Virus record (IMG/VR): IMGVR_UViG_3300037493_001250
DNA length: 64,000 nucleotides
Source of the DNA: an uncultured virus (IMG/VR IMGVR_UViG_3300037493_001250)
Taxonomy: Duplodnaviria > Heunggongvirae > Uroviricota > Caudoviricetes
Reading direction: 5' to 3' (one strand)
The notes beneath the pieces are model-generated. The model was not told the origin of the DNA. It saw only the letters and a list, made by a program, of their open reading frames with translations, and made no database searches. Shown here piece by piece: positions 48,393 through 56,398 of this stretch (its first letter is position 1; every line of letters starts with the position of its first letter). Both the position numbers and the translations under genes were made by a program.

Positions 48393-48416
48393 AAAAAAAC
48401 CACCCGTAGGTGGCTT
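48393..48416 (-). terminator. Rho-independent terminator
   Basis: Minus strand AAGCCACC-TACG-GGTGGTTTTTTT after the stop at 48420. Confidence 0.75.
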
Positions 48417-48419
48417 GAT

Positions 48420-48632
48420 TTAATCTTTTTCTCCGTATACCTCTTCGTAGTACTCCTCTGCTGTCATGTCTTGTCCATCATCAAGGTAGTCACTTACGAA
48501 CTGGCATACTTCTTCTTTGTGCATTGCTTTGGCTTGTTCAATAGTTTCTTTGAATATCTCATTAATGTAACTATATGATTCTTCAAATTGCTCTGCTAAC
48601 CATTCTACGCTACTTTGATTTTTGTTGCTCAT
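48420..48632 (-). CDS. Hypothetical protein
   Basis: QSSVEWL...AKAMHKE...AEEYYEE pattern; start revised to 48632. Confidence 0.65.
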   Translation of the reverse strand: MSNKNQSSVEWLAEQFEESYSYINEIFKETIEQAKAMHKEEVCQFVSDYLDDGQDMTAEEYYEEVYGEKD

Positions 48633-48937
48633 ATTGTTTTTGTTGTTTCGTATTGGTGTAAGAATCCTCCTATTATTTCTATTAGTGGCTCGTTTAGCCA
48701 TTCTGGGTTGCCGCCATGGTAAAGTATGCAATGCCCTAACTCATGGTAGAATGTAGCCTCTATTATTGTTTGCTTGTACTTTCTCCAACCCTTCTCTGTC
48801 TTGTACCTTGTTGCTAGTATAATCGTATTATCCCAAGATATAAACCTGCCAAAACATTCGTTCTCATTGCAGTACTTGTTATCGTACTTTACGGTTATCG
48901 TCTGCCCTAGCATTTTGAAAGATGATGGTATAATCAT
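48629..48937 (-). CDS. Small HExxH metallopeptidase-like protein
   Basis: TFYHELGHCIL...NE motif. Confidence 0.65.
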   Translation of the reverse strand: MIIPSSFKMLGQTITVKYDNKYCNENECFGRFISWDNTIILATRYKTEKGWRKYKQTIIEATFYHELGHCILYHGGNPEWLNEPLIEIIGGFLHQYETTKTI

Positions 48938-49024
48938 ATTACTGCATTTTATTTAAAAAATAATACCATAATGATACAACTTTTGGTCTAATAAGCTCGT
49001 AAATTAACCAAATTAATACGTATT

Positions 49025-49351
49025 TCATAACTTTATTCTGTAGTCTAAATGTATGTTGTCCTCATCCATCATGTTGTTACAGGCATTTATATTGAGCTTG
49101 TAAAATGATTCCCTTGGAATATCCATTAATGAAAACATCTTCTCCACATTGCAGATCGTTGGCCTGTCCTCGTAAACCAAACACTTGTTATCCCTATCTA
49201 GCATCTCACACTTGCCAAGATCATTATAACCATACGGAAAGTGCATCTCATCATCTTCAGGAAGATCATTCAATCCCCATGATTCAACAATGTTACCTAT
49301 CCTATGACAACACGCTCCACATCCTGTGCATGGGTAACTTGTTTCTTCCAT
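49025..49351 (-). CDS. YkgJ / CxxCxxCC cysteine-cluster (putative Fe-S or Zn) protein
   Basis: CTGCGACC...KCEML...CLVYEDRPTIC. Confidence 0.8.
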   Translation of the reverse strand: MEETSYPCTGCGACCHRIGNIVESWGLNDLPEDDEMHFPYGYNDLGKCEMLDRDNKCLVYEDRPTICNVEKMFSLMDIPRESFYKLNINACNNMMDEDNIHLDYRIKL

Positions 49352-49366
49352 ATCTTTAATTCTTTG

Positions 49367-49493
49367 CAGTCAGAATCCGATTCGAACGGATACCTATTAT
49401 TGGATTTCTCCTAAGTATGAGGTGTGCTTACGATTATAGTTTCAAATCTTTATCACTCCATCCTATAGCGTCTACCATTTCCGCCACCTGACT
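49367..49493 (-). ncRNA. tRNA-like RNA with an expanded centre (no canonical anticodon loop)
   Basis: Acceptor AGTCAGG/TCTGACT, D-arm GGCGGAAATGGTAGACGC, T-arm ATCCG-TTCGAAT-CGGAT; 127 nt. Confidence 0.7.
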
Positions 49494-49586
49494 GTATTTA
49501 ATTAATAGGCATTAATGTACTATGTTGGGACTTAACCTCACTTCTTCCATATATTTACTACTTTATCTCCTATTAATTAAAATGTT

Positions 49587-49757
49587 TTATTCTCTTGAAA
49601 AAATTGATTTTATTGTATCATGATGCCATCCTGCCGCATATAACATACTTTCTATCATTTCAGTCATGTCATTTATATTTACATCTGATGTCTCGCAAGA
49701 TATTGTTATCGTCTTGCCGTGCTGTGTTAGCGATAATATTGTTGGTTGTGGATTCAT
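49587..49757 (-). CDS. Hypothetical protein (56 aa)
   Basis: Read by hand; ATG 5 nt after the minus-strand TACATTTG. Confidence 0.55.
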   Translation of the reverse strand: MNPQPTILSLTQHGKTITISCETSDVNINDMTEMIESMLYAAGWHHDTIKSIFSRE

Positions 49758-49827
49758 AGATGCAAATGTATTACAATTTATTTATTATACAAGTCTTTTT
49801 ATTAATTTATTTTTTTTATATTTGAAT

Positions 49828-49941
49828 ATGACTGATGAACAAATTAAAGAAATCGAAGATAGACTAGAACAGCTTGAGAAAGAACAAGCTAACTTGGAAC
49901 TAGATATCGACACAATTCTTAAAAGATTATCTTGCAATTAA
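49828..49941 (+). CDS. Small coiled-coil protein (37 aa)
   Basis: ATG 3 nt after TATATTTG; MTDEQIKEIEDRLEQLE. Confidence 0.5.
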   Translation: MTDEQIKEIEDRLEQLEKEQANLELDIDTILKRLSCN

Positions 49942-49966
49942 TATTATTACGTATTACATTTGAATT

Positions 49967-50155
49967 ATGAAACTACCAAACTATACAACAATGTCTATCG
50001 TCAACCTAAAAGACGTTAAAATATCACTTATTCATTTCCTAGACAGTGATGACTACGGTGTTCTTTCCCAATATAGCTGGGGTGAGCAACTTGCAGTACG
50101 CCAAGAGTTTAAAGCAGCAGAAACATTGTACAATAAATTAATTAAAGAAGCATGA
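49967..50155 (+). CDS. Hypothetical protein (probably leaderless)
   Basis: ATG 4 nt after TACATTTG. Confidence 0.6.
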   Translation: MKLPNYTTMSIVNLKDVKISLIHFLDSDDYGVLSQYSWGEQLAVRQEFKAAETLYNKLIKEA

Positions 50156-50355
50156 TAATAAATGATGTAATATCAGAACTTCGTGATATGGATGGTGATG
50201 CAGAACTATATGTTATGCTCCCTAATAATACTGGTATATTCCACTTTACGAGTGTCGAGATGACTGATGTGCTTGAAACTGATGAAGGGAAAACAATCTA
50301 TTGTATTATTCCTTTTGAGCCTGAACAGAAACCGTTCATAGTTAACTACAACTAG
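50152..50355 (+). CDS. Hypothetical protein
   Basis: ATGA-coupled to the upstream gene. Confidence 0.55.
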   Translation: MIINDVISELRDMDGDAELYVMLPNNTGIFHFTSVEMTDVLETDEGKTIYCIIPFEPEQKPFIVNYN

Positions 50356-50699
50356 TAGTCTTCTTTAAACAAGCACACCTCTAGTATCGGATTGCCTACT
50401 AAATGGTCATCTAGTTCACTGATGTCTGTTATGTCTATACACCTGTACTCTATTCCACAAACTCTTACGTACTCACCTATCTTTGGTGCATGAAACTTAT
50501 CTGTCTTAAATATGATCGTGTACTTGCTCAGTGCAATGTCTCCTAATAACGGAAACCTGCGTTCTATTGCCTCAGTAAAACAAGCCTTCTTCTTTGCCTT
50601 AATAGAAAATACAAATTCGTAATAGTCTATCGCATAGTTTAGACCCTTTACCATAAAATAAGCCGCAAAAAATAGCAGCAGTAATAATAATAAATTCAT
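50352..50699 (-). CDS. Membrane-anchored hypothetical protein
   Basis: N-terminal poly-Leu TM. Confidence 0.55.
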   Translation of the reverse strand: MNLLLLLLLFFAAYFMVKGLNYAIDYYEFVFSIKAKKKACFTEAIERRFPLLGDIALSKYTIIFKTDKFHAPKIGEYVRVCGIEYRCIDITDISELDDHLVGNPILEVCLFKEDY

Positions 50700-50713
50700 G
50701 TAACCTGTTTTTA

Positions 50714-50786
50714 GTCGGGGGCAGGAAGTCGAATCCCATCTTTACCACCTAATGCGGTATGTGCTGCCGTTAACACTACTACCCGA
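50714..50786 (-). tRNA. Degenerate tRNA / pseudo-tRNA; anticodon-position triplet TTA
   Basis: D-arm GTGT-TAACGGCA-GCAC, stem TACCG/TGGTA with loop CATTAGG, T-arm TGGGA-TTCGACT-TCCTG; imperfect acceptor stem; own promoter at 50796-50807. Confidence 0.55.
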
Positions 50787-50815
50787 TATTTTATGCAAAT
50801 GTAATACTTGTAATA

Positions 50816-51019
50816 CTATTTTACAAGTTTATTAATGCCAAATGTTTTATTTTCACAAATATTTATTTGGTCAGTCAAGAAGTGTCTAACTATACCACCC
50901 TCGCATAGTATTACCGTAAACACATCATTCTCTAATGTGCCTGAACTTTCCACATACCATACGTATCCATCCCCTAAAGGAGTTACACAAGGTACTGGCT
51001 TATTAAATTCGTGTATCAA
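50816..51019 (-). CDS. Hypothetical protein
   Basis: TTG start overlapping the upstream stop; VTPLGDG...END.FTV motif. Confidence 0.6.
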   Translation of the reverse strand: MIHEFNKPVPCVTPLGDGYVWYVESSGTLENDVFTVILCEGGIVRHFLTDQINICENKTFGINKLVK

Positions 51020-51282
51020 CTACACCCCCATCGCTTCAAGGCTGCACCTTTTCTAGTTAACTCACCATTCTTACTAGTTGGCCCTTGCATACCTCCCATT
51101 CGGGCACAAAAAGATTTCTTTCTGCCTTTGTCAGCTGCTGTCTTAGGATTAGGTGCTGGAGCTTTTAAATTAGAGCCAGTTTCACGGTTGTACTTTGCAC
51201 GACCCTTAGCTGTCAAGCCTGCTCCCTTACTTATAGGTAGCTTTTCTCCTCGACCAACACTTAGGTTTACACTTTTTGCCAT
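51016..51282 (-). CDS. Small basic phage protein (DUF6321-like)
   Basis: GAGLTAKGRAKYNRETGSNLKAP...RKKSFCARM...ALKRWGC. Confidence 0.7.
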   Translation of the reverse strand: MAKSVNLSVGRGEKLPISKGAGLTAKGRAKYNRETGSNLKAPAPNPKTAADKGRKKSFCARMGGMQGPTSKNGELTRKGAALKRWGCS

Positions 51283-51449
51283 TACTTCTTAGACTTAGCT
51301 TGAATCTTCTTGTCTTGCATTAACATAGCCTTTGTAGGCTTCTTAGGAGTAGCTCCTGTCTTTTTGTTCTTTGCAGCCTTCTCCCTGATATTGTCGTAAA
51401 GTCCTTTAGGTGAGGTAGAACCGTCTTTGCGTTTCATCATTTGTGCCAT
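51282..51449 (-). CDS. Small basic protein (55 aa)
   Basis: Read by hand: MAQMMKRKDGSTSPKGLYDNIREKAAKNKK... Confidence 0.65.
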   Translation of the reverse strand: MAQMMKRKDGSTSPKGLYDNIREKAAKNKKTGATPKKPTKAMLMQDKKIQAKSKK

Positions 51450-51454
51450 AATAT

Positions 51455-51937
51455 TTATCTTCTTTTAATTGGTATTTTTTTGCTTATTGCTTCTTGGACT
51501 TGAGAATCAGAATAGTATCCTGGCCTTAACCCCGTTTCCTTCATAAACTCTCTGCCTTGTTTAAGCTTTGTTTCACCAGATGGTTTTTTTGCTTCAGTTT
51601 TTTGAGGCACAGGCTTAACTTGTTCTTTTTTTACAGGTCTATAAATTGGTGTTTCAACTGGTTTTGGAAAATTACCAAAATATTCGAAAGTACCCTTATA
51701 TTGTACAGTAGTTGGAGCAATTCCTGTTTTTTCATCTTTCCATTCTTTTTTTTCTTTCTTTGTAGTTAGCCTTGTTTTAGAATTAGGGATTTTTGTATCC
51801 CATTTATTATGTAAACTTAAGCTATCACCATACGATTTTTTTGCCTGCGAATATTCAGCGGAGTCAGTATATTCACGAGTTTTAACTTTATCTACAGGAG
51901 TATTACTAGGTTTATTATTTTTGATTACTTTTTTCAT
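51455..51937 (-). CDS. Basic K/P-rich hypothetical protein
   Basis: 160 aa, coupled to neighbouring genes. Confidence 0.6.
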   Translation of the reverse strand: MKKVIKNNKPSNTPVDKVKTREYTDSAEYSQAKKSYGDSLSLHNKWDTKIPNSKTRLTTKKEKKEWKDEKTGIAPTTVQYKGTFEYFGNFPKPVETPIYRPVKKEQVKPVPQKTEAKKPSGETKLKQGREFMKETGLRPGYYSDSQVQEAISKKIPIKRR

Positions 51938-52122
51938 TTCTTTTTTGCTTTTGAATAACTGATTGCTACTGCCTGCTTTACTTTTGCTTGCTTAGGAGTA
52001 ATTCCCTCCTTCTTTGCAATAGTCTTTATTGCCTTTGCACGGGCAGCACTTGGCTTTGACATAGATAATTCACGCACATTAGCGGATATTACTTTCGAAC
52101 TTGAACCTTTCTTTAGTGGCAT
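51934..52122 (-). CDS. Small basic phage protein
   Basis: MPLKKGSSSKVISANVREL...KQAVAISYSKA. Confidence 0.7.
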   Translation of the reverse strand: MPLKKGSSSKVISANVRELSMSKPSAARAKAIKTIAKKEGITPKQAKVKQAVAISYSKAKKK

Positions 52123-52136
52123 AAAATACTGTTTAT

Positions 52137-52475
52137 TTACAAATTTAACGATTTTTTTCTATTTTCTTTAGCCCATTCTGCACAAAATGCGTATATGTCA
52201 AATATATCTTCTCCGAAAGACATTGCAAACATATTAAAATGCCCTAGGTTAACAGTCCTATGGTGCAGGCTTACCTCTAAGTTCCGTACAAAACATCTGC
52301 TAAACCTTACATCATACTCATCGTTTATCTTTTTTATCCACCCTGATATAGACATACCATTAGTGTGTATCCTGTCTCTAAGGTACGCAGCAAGGGCAGG
52401 ATAGGCATAGTCTTCACCAAGAATAAAGCTTTTACGGGCCTCAATAGTCTTCTTATTAAATTGTAACCTACTCAT
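52137..52475 (-). CDS. Possible HTH DNA-binding protein
   Basis: LAAYLRDRI..GMSISGW....FSRCFVRNLE pattern resembles an Xre-type HTH. Confidence 0.4.
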   Translation of the reverse strand: MSRLQFNKKTIEARKSFILGEDYAYPALAAYLRDRIHTNGMSISGWIKKINDEYDVRFSRCFVRNLEVSLHHRTVNLGHFNMFAMSFGEDIFDIYAFCAEWAKENRKKSLNL

Positions 52476-52968
52476 ACATAACGCTAAATTCTGTCTTTAT
52501 AGCTTCATAAAGTATATGGTAAGTATCCTTCATGTTCTTATCAACATCAATTAAGTCGTTAATCTTGTTGATTCCAGAGATAACTGTTGAATGGTCTCTA
52601 CTAAAATATTTGCCTATCCTAAGCTTTGTATGCTTGAACTCCTTGTTTGCTATCTTGTAAATTAATGCACGCTTCTCAGGCAATCTGTTAGCCCTTGATT
52701 TTGACATTAATAACTCCTTAGAGGTTTGTAAAACTTCACAAGCCTTGTTTGTTACATCATCTATTGATACAAGATAGTCATTAGTAATTAATTGTTGCTT
52801 ATATTTTAAGCTAGTGCCTGAAATGTCAATAACCATCTTACCATGAACTCCCTTAACGTAGCTCTTCAATAGCATGATGTCACTCTCAGAAAGATTAAAA
52901 AATACTTCTATGTTCTTAATGTGGTAGTTTAATGGCTTCGTCTGCGATATTATCTCCGTTTGATTCAT
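52468..52968 (-). CDS. Protein with a DnaA C-terminal (domain IV) HTH
   Basis: LMSKSR...RALIY...IGKYFSRDHSTVISGINKI; start revised to MNQTE. Confidence 0.8.
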   Translation of the reverse strand: MNQTEIISQTKPLNYHIKNIEVFFNLSESDIMLLKSYVKGVHGKMVIDISGTSLKYKQQLITNDYLVSIDDVTNKACEVLQTSKELLMSKSRANRLPEKRALIYKIANKEFKHTKLRIGKYFSRDHSTVISGINKINDLIDVDKNMKDTYHILYEAIKTEFSVMYE

Positions 52969-53179
52969 CTGTTGTTGTCTCCTCTGTTTTAAATTTAATA
53001 GCATCCTGCAATGCTAACTTATCTGTGTTACTGAACTTTTCGTTCTTCATAGCCTCTAAATCTTCAAGAGGTAGTTGCTTGAACTCTTCTAGCCTAGTGG
53101 TATACCTAAGTCTTATTTTTGGGTTAACCTGGCCCTTGATAAACATCTTAGCCATGTTTCTTCTTTGTGTTCTGTTCAT
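52916..53179 (-). CDS. Hypothetical protein
   Basis: MNRTQRR N-terminus common in phage proteins. Confidence 0.6.
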   Translation of the reverse strand: MNRTQRRNMAKMFIKGQVNPKIRLRYTTRLEEFKQLPLEDLEAMKNEKFSNTDKLALQDAIKFKTEETTTDESNGDNIADEAIKLPH

Positions 53180-53484
53180 ATTACTAATTCGTTCATTTTT
53201 TCTTCTGTCAATTCCATTATCTGATAAATAAGTTCTTGTTGTTCTTCAAGGGTCATCTTGTTTACTCTTGCATCTAAGAACGCCTTGTCTATTATATTGA
53301 TAAAGTGGTTAGCTTTGGGAGCTACCTCTTTGATAGCCCCCACTATTTCGTCATTGTCTATTTCTTGCAATGCACCTGACTTCTTTAGCCATAGCACATT
53401 CTCAGATATAACCTTTGCATGCCAGTATGTAGCAAGTAAAGTTTTAGAAATTGTATCTTGATTAGGTTTACCTAAGTTGTTCAT
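53176..53484 (-). CDS. Hypothetical protein
   Basis: Operon packing. Confidence 0.6.
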   Translation of the reverse strand: MNNLGKPNQDTISKTLLATYWHAKVISENVLWLKKSGALQEIDNDEIVGAIKEVAPKANHFINIIDKAFLDARVNKMTLEEQQELIYQIMELTEEKMNELVI

Positions 53485-53497
53485 TATCAGCTATTTA

Positions 53498-53776
53498 CTA
53501 GAAGGGTAAATCTCCATAGTCCTCTTGCACATCATTGTACTTGGCTTCTATTTTTTTCTTTAACGGGTCTTGAATCTGTGGCTTTTCTTGCTTTACAAAA
53601 GGCTCAGATATTTTGCCAGAGAAGAATGTTTTACCATTGTTTTCTTTAGGCCATACCGCAAACTCTTTGTCTACTCCGTTAATAGTTAATTTACCTTTGT
53701 ACTTTGGTGACTTGCCACCTTCTGTGTAATATTCATTCTCGAACATTACAATTACATTGTCGAATTTGTTTTCCAT
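53498..53776 (-). CDS. Small ssDNA-binding-like protein
   Basis: SPKYKGKLTING...AVW...FFSGKISEP and an acidic C-terminal DLPF tail. Confidence 0.6.
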   Translation of the reverse strand: MENKFDNVIVMFENEYYTEGGKSPKYKGKLTINGVDKEFAVWPKENNGKTFFSGKISEPFVKQEKPQIQDPLKKKIEAKYNDVQEDYGDLPF

Positions 53777-53783
53777 TGTTTTT

Positions 53784-53990
53784 TTATTTTAAGTGTTCTT
53801 CTTTTTGTATTAATACTTCTAGATAATTTGCTAAGTCCATGGCTTCTTCTTGTGCGTGTCTTAGAAAATCTAATTGTGATTGTTTGCTATCTTGCAAGGT
53901 AGTGTTGTACTTTGTGATGCCCATTTCACTTCTAGTCTTTAGCTTCCACATTACTGCTTCTACTATCTTGTCTGTTGTGTTAATATCCAT
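53784..53990 (-). CDS. Small helical protein (MazG / nucleotide pyrophosphatase-like)
   Basis: RSEMGITKYNTTL...HAQEEAMDLANYL. Confidence 0.5.
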   Translation of the reverse strand: MDINTTDKIVEAVMWKLKTRSEMGITKYNTTLQDSKQSQLDFLRHAQEEAMDLANYLEVLIQKEEHLK

Positions 53991-54159
53991 ATACGTTTAT
54001 ATCTAGTTTCTCTTTGTAATTAATATCCGCTATTTTCTTGTATATTGAAACGTCTTCTTTGGTATTAATTGCAAGTCTTTTCCCGTACATCATTGCCTCT
54101 TCCTCTGTGTGGAACTCCATTATCGTATGTCCCTGATTGTCTATTAGTGCGTAATTCAT
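53980..54159 (-). CDS. Hypothetical protein (probably leaderless)
   Basis: ATG 4 nt after the minus-strand TACATTTG; start revised. Confidence 0.55.
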   Translation of the reverse strand: MNYALIDNQGHTIMEFHTEEEAMMYGKRLAINTKEDVSIYKKIADINYKEKLDINVYGY

Positions 54160-54196
54160 AGTACAAATGTAATACAATTATTTATAAACACAAGTT

Positions 54197-54391
54197 TTAT
54201 CTGTAAATTAATTTTAATTTCTCTTCTTCTACCGCTAATTCAAATGCATCGGCCTCATACTCAAATATCTTTCCTGTGTCCATATTCTTTAGTTCTACCC
54301 TCTTTGCTTTTGTGCCACGCCACCAGATGCCATCAATTATGAACTTAAACTTCCCGTTTGTGTACATATCTCCTTTTCTGTATACTCTCAT
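54197..54391 (-). CDS. Hypothetical protein
   Basis: Follows the primase-helicase. Confidence 0.55.
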   Translation of the reverse strand: MRVYRKGDMYTNGKFKFIIDGIWWRGTKAKRVELKNMDTGKIFEYEADAFELAVEEEKLKLIYR

Positions 54392-54393
54392 AA

Positions 54394-56271
54394 CTAGAAT
54401 GGTGCATCTCCATCATCATCCTTGTGAACCTCGTAAAAGCTTTGGTATGGTTTCTTGTCTGTATGAGTTTCAGTTGGCATGAACCTGTTGTTCTCTAATG
54501 GGTCTATCCCGTTAAAGATAAAACGTCTTTTCCAATAATCAAAGGTTGCATCTATCTTACCCTTTTTAAATAACCGCTGCTTCTTTACTTTTTTAGTTTC
54601 TATTTCACAGGCATTACTTGTTGGGTCTGTCAAGTTTAATGGCCTGTGGTAAACCATAATGTTATCCATCTTGTTGGCCCACATTGCTCCACCTGCTAAA
54701 TCAAAAACATCAGGCATAGGGTAGTTACCATCTGCGTTCTTCTGCATCTTTGTTGGATGTGCAATAACATTAAAGAACACGCTATTCTCTTTTGCGAAGC
54801 GTGAGAAGTCTCCAAGGGCAGACTCAAGGTATTTGTCATCCCTACCATTAAACTTACCGTAGTCATTCGTTAACTGATTGAACGGATCTAATATTACACC
54901 AGTAACTTTTTTAGTTATAATAAGCTCCAAAAACTTAGCTTTGATTGTCTGTGGTGTTGGACTAAGTGTTTCAGGGTACACATAAAAGAAATGTTCTGTA
55001 ACAAAATCGTATGCCTTCTTAAATACTTCCTTACTTACTCTCGTTTTATTTTCAGGAGTAAGATGCGCCCCTATTAATCTTTCCGCAAATGTAAAGTACC
55101 ACTCATCTGCTGGGTAGTTCTCAGGAGAGTATACGGCCCACTTATCACCATTGTAATAACTTTTAACAAGTGCTAGAAACTCAATATACTCTGACTTACC
55201 ACTATTCGCAAGACCTGATGTTAATGTAATCTGTCCTCTTTTCCATTTGAAGATTTGGTCTACAGCAGGTATGTGTGTTGTTTCTGCACTCTCGTAACCA
55301 TTATCGTACAATGCTTCTGCGGCATCCCAAACTTGCTCACCATAAATAACATCTTGCAACTTGTACCCTTCTTCTAATATCTTAGGGTTTATCTCAACAA
55401 GTGTTTCTCTATTTAGTATCTTATTGTTTTCAAAGTACTCAGTTCCTTGCTTGTGTACGTTAGCTTTGTATGCACTCTCAATTGCTTTGATTGCTTCGTT
55501 ACGTGAGAAGTCGCTATCTCTTCCTAAAAAGTCCGTAGCAATAAATCCTTCTGCAACATACATATCAATACCAAACCTGCAACAAGCTGCTGCTAACTTA
55601 AAGATAAAAAGATTTCTTTGTCCACTAACAAATGCATCGTTTCTGTTTTCAAGCCATGTTAATATACGCTTGTACTTCTCGTAGTCATCCCTTACGGCTT
55701 CTGTTATTTCAATCTTCTCACGCACTAACTCGTACTGCTTCTCTTCAATAAAATCATCCCATACCTTGCAGTGCTCGTTAATGTAGATGTTCTCATCAAC
55801 ACTCTCGTAACACACCCTGCTAATATTAATGCCTGTAGGGTCTACGTGTGGGAAACGTACTTGAATAGATTTAAAATGTTCTCTGTGTTTTTCAAGGTTC
55901 TTAATTTTGAATAGTGCTTTTACACCTTTGCCGCTTGGACTAATCCAACACGCATAAGTGTGCTCACTCATTTTAAGTTCCGTCTTCGTCATTTGAGCTG
56001 TGACATCGCTGTCCATATCAAAGTCAAGGCAGATAAATCCACTATGCCTTACAAGGCCAGTGTCGATTCTAGATGTGAACTCTCCACTAAATAGTACACA
56101 AGGTAATTGCTTCTTTAACTCAGCTATTTCATTTGAGTCTTCACTAGCACGAATCTTGTCTACCAAGTCTTTAGTAGTCTTCTTAGGCTTCTTGATGCGT
56201 TCTAATGCAAACGATAGAGCCTTGTGATGATAGTTCTTGGTGTCGGTTATTTGTTTGAAAAATGTAATCAT
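54394..56271 (-). CDS. Primase-helicase (BT4734/VirE-N-like primase, PriCT, SF4 helicase)
   Basis: LKKQLPCVLFSG, CLDFD, ISPSGKGVK; GQRNLFIFKLA; Walker A GLANSGKS, ILDPFNQL, AHPTK; acidic tail. Confidence 0.85.
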   Translation of the reverse strand: MITFFKQITDTKNYHHKALSFALERIKKPKKTTKDLVDKIRASEDSNEIAELKKQLPCVLFSGEFTSRIDTGLVRHSGFICLDFDMDSDVTAQMTKTELKMSEHTYACWISPSGKGVKALFKIKNLEKHREHFKSIQVRFPHVDPTGINISRVCYESVDENIYINEHCKVWDDFIEEKQYELVREKIEITEAVRDDYEKYKRILTWLENRNDAFVSGQRNLFIFKLAAACCRFGIDMYVAEGFIATDFLGRDSDFSRNEAIKAIESAYKANVHKQGTEYFENNKILNRETLVEINPKILEEGYKLQDVIYGEQVWDAAEALYDNGYESAETTHIPAVDQIFKWKRGQITLTSGLANSGKSEYIEFLALVKSYYNGDKWAVYSPENYPADEWYFTFAERLIGAHLTPENKTRVSKEVFKKAYDFVTEHFFYVYPETLSPTPQTIKAKFLELIITKKVTGVILDPFNQLTNDYGKFNGRDDKYLESALGDFSRFAKENSVFFNVIAHPTKMQKNADGNYPMPDVFDLAGGAMWANKMDNIMVYHRPLNLTDPTSNACEIETKKVKKQRLFKKGKIDATFDYWKRRFIFNGIDPLENNRFMPTETHTDKKPYQSFYEVHKDDDGDAPF

Positions 56272-56398
56272 GGTATCAGCAAAGATATTTATTGTAATAC
56301 ATATTTCAAAATTTATTTTTTAATTTAAATTTTAGTATTACATTTGCCTTATCAATGAACAAGTTAGATAAAAAAAATAACTTAAACCAATAAACAAC

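Noticed and set aside
48336..48578. 80-aa plus-strand ORF
   Set aside because: It spans a minus-strand terminator and is antisense to a recognisable gene.
49367..50786. tRNA-like sequences as a prophage attachment site
   Set aside because: No integrase, no duplicated att core and no host genes anywhere in the window.
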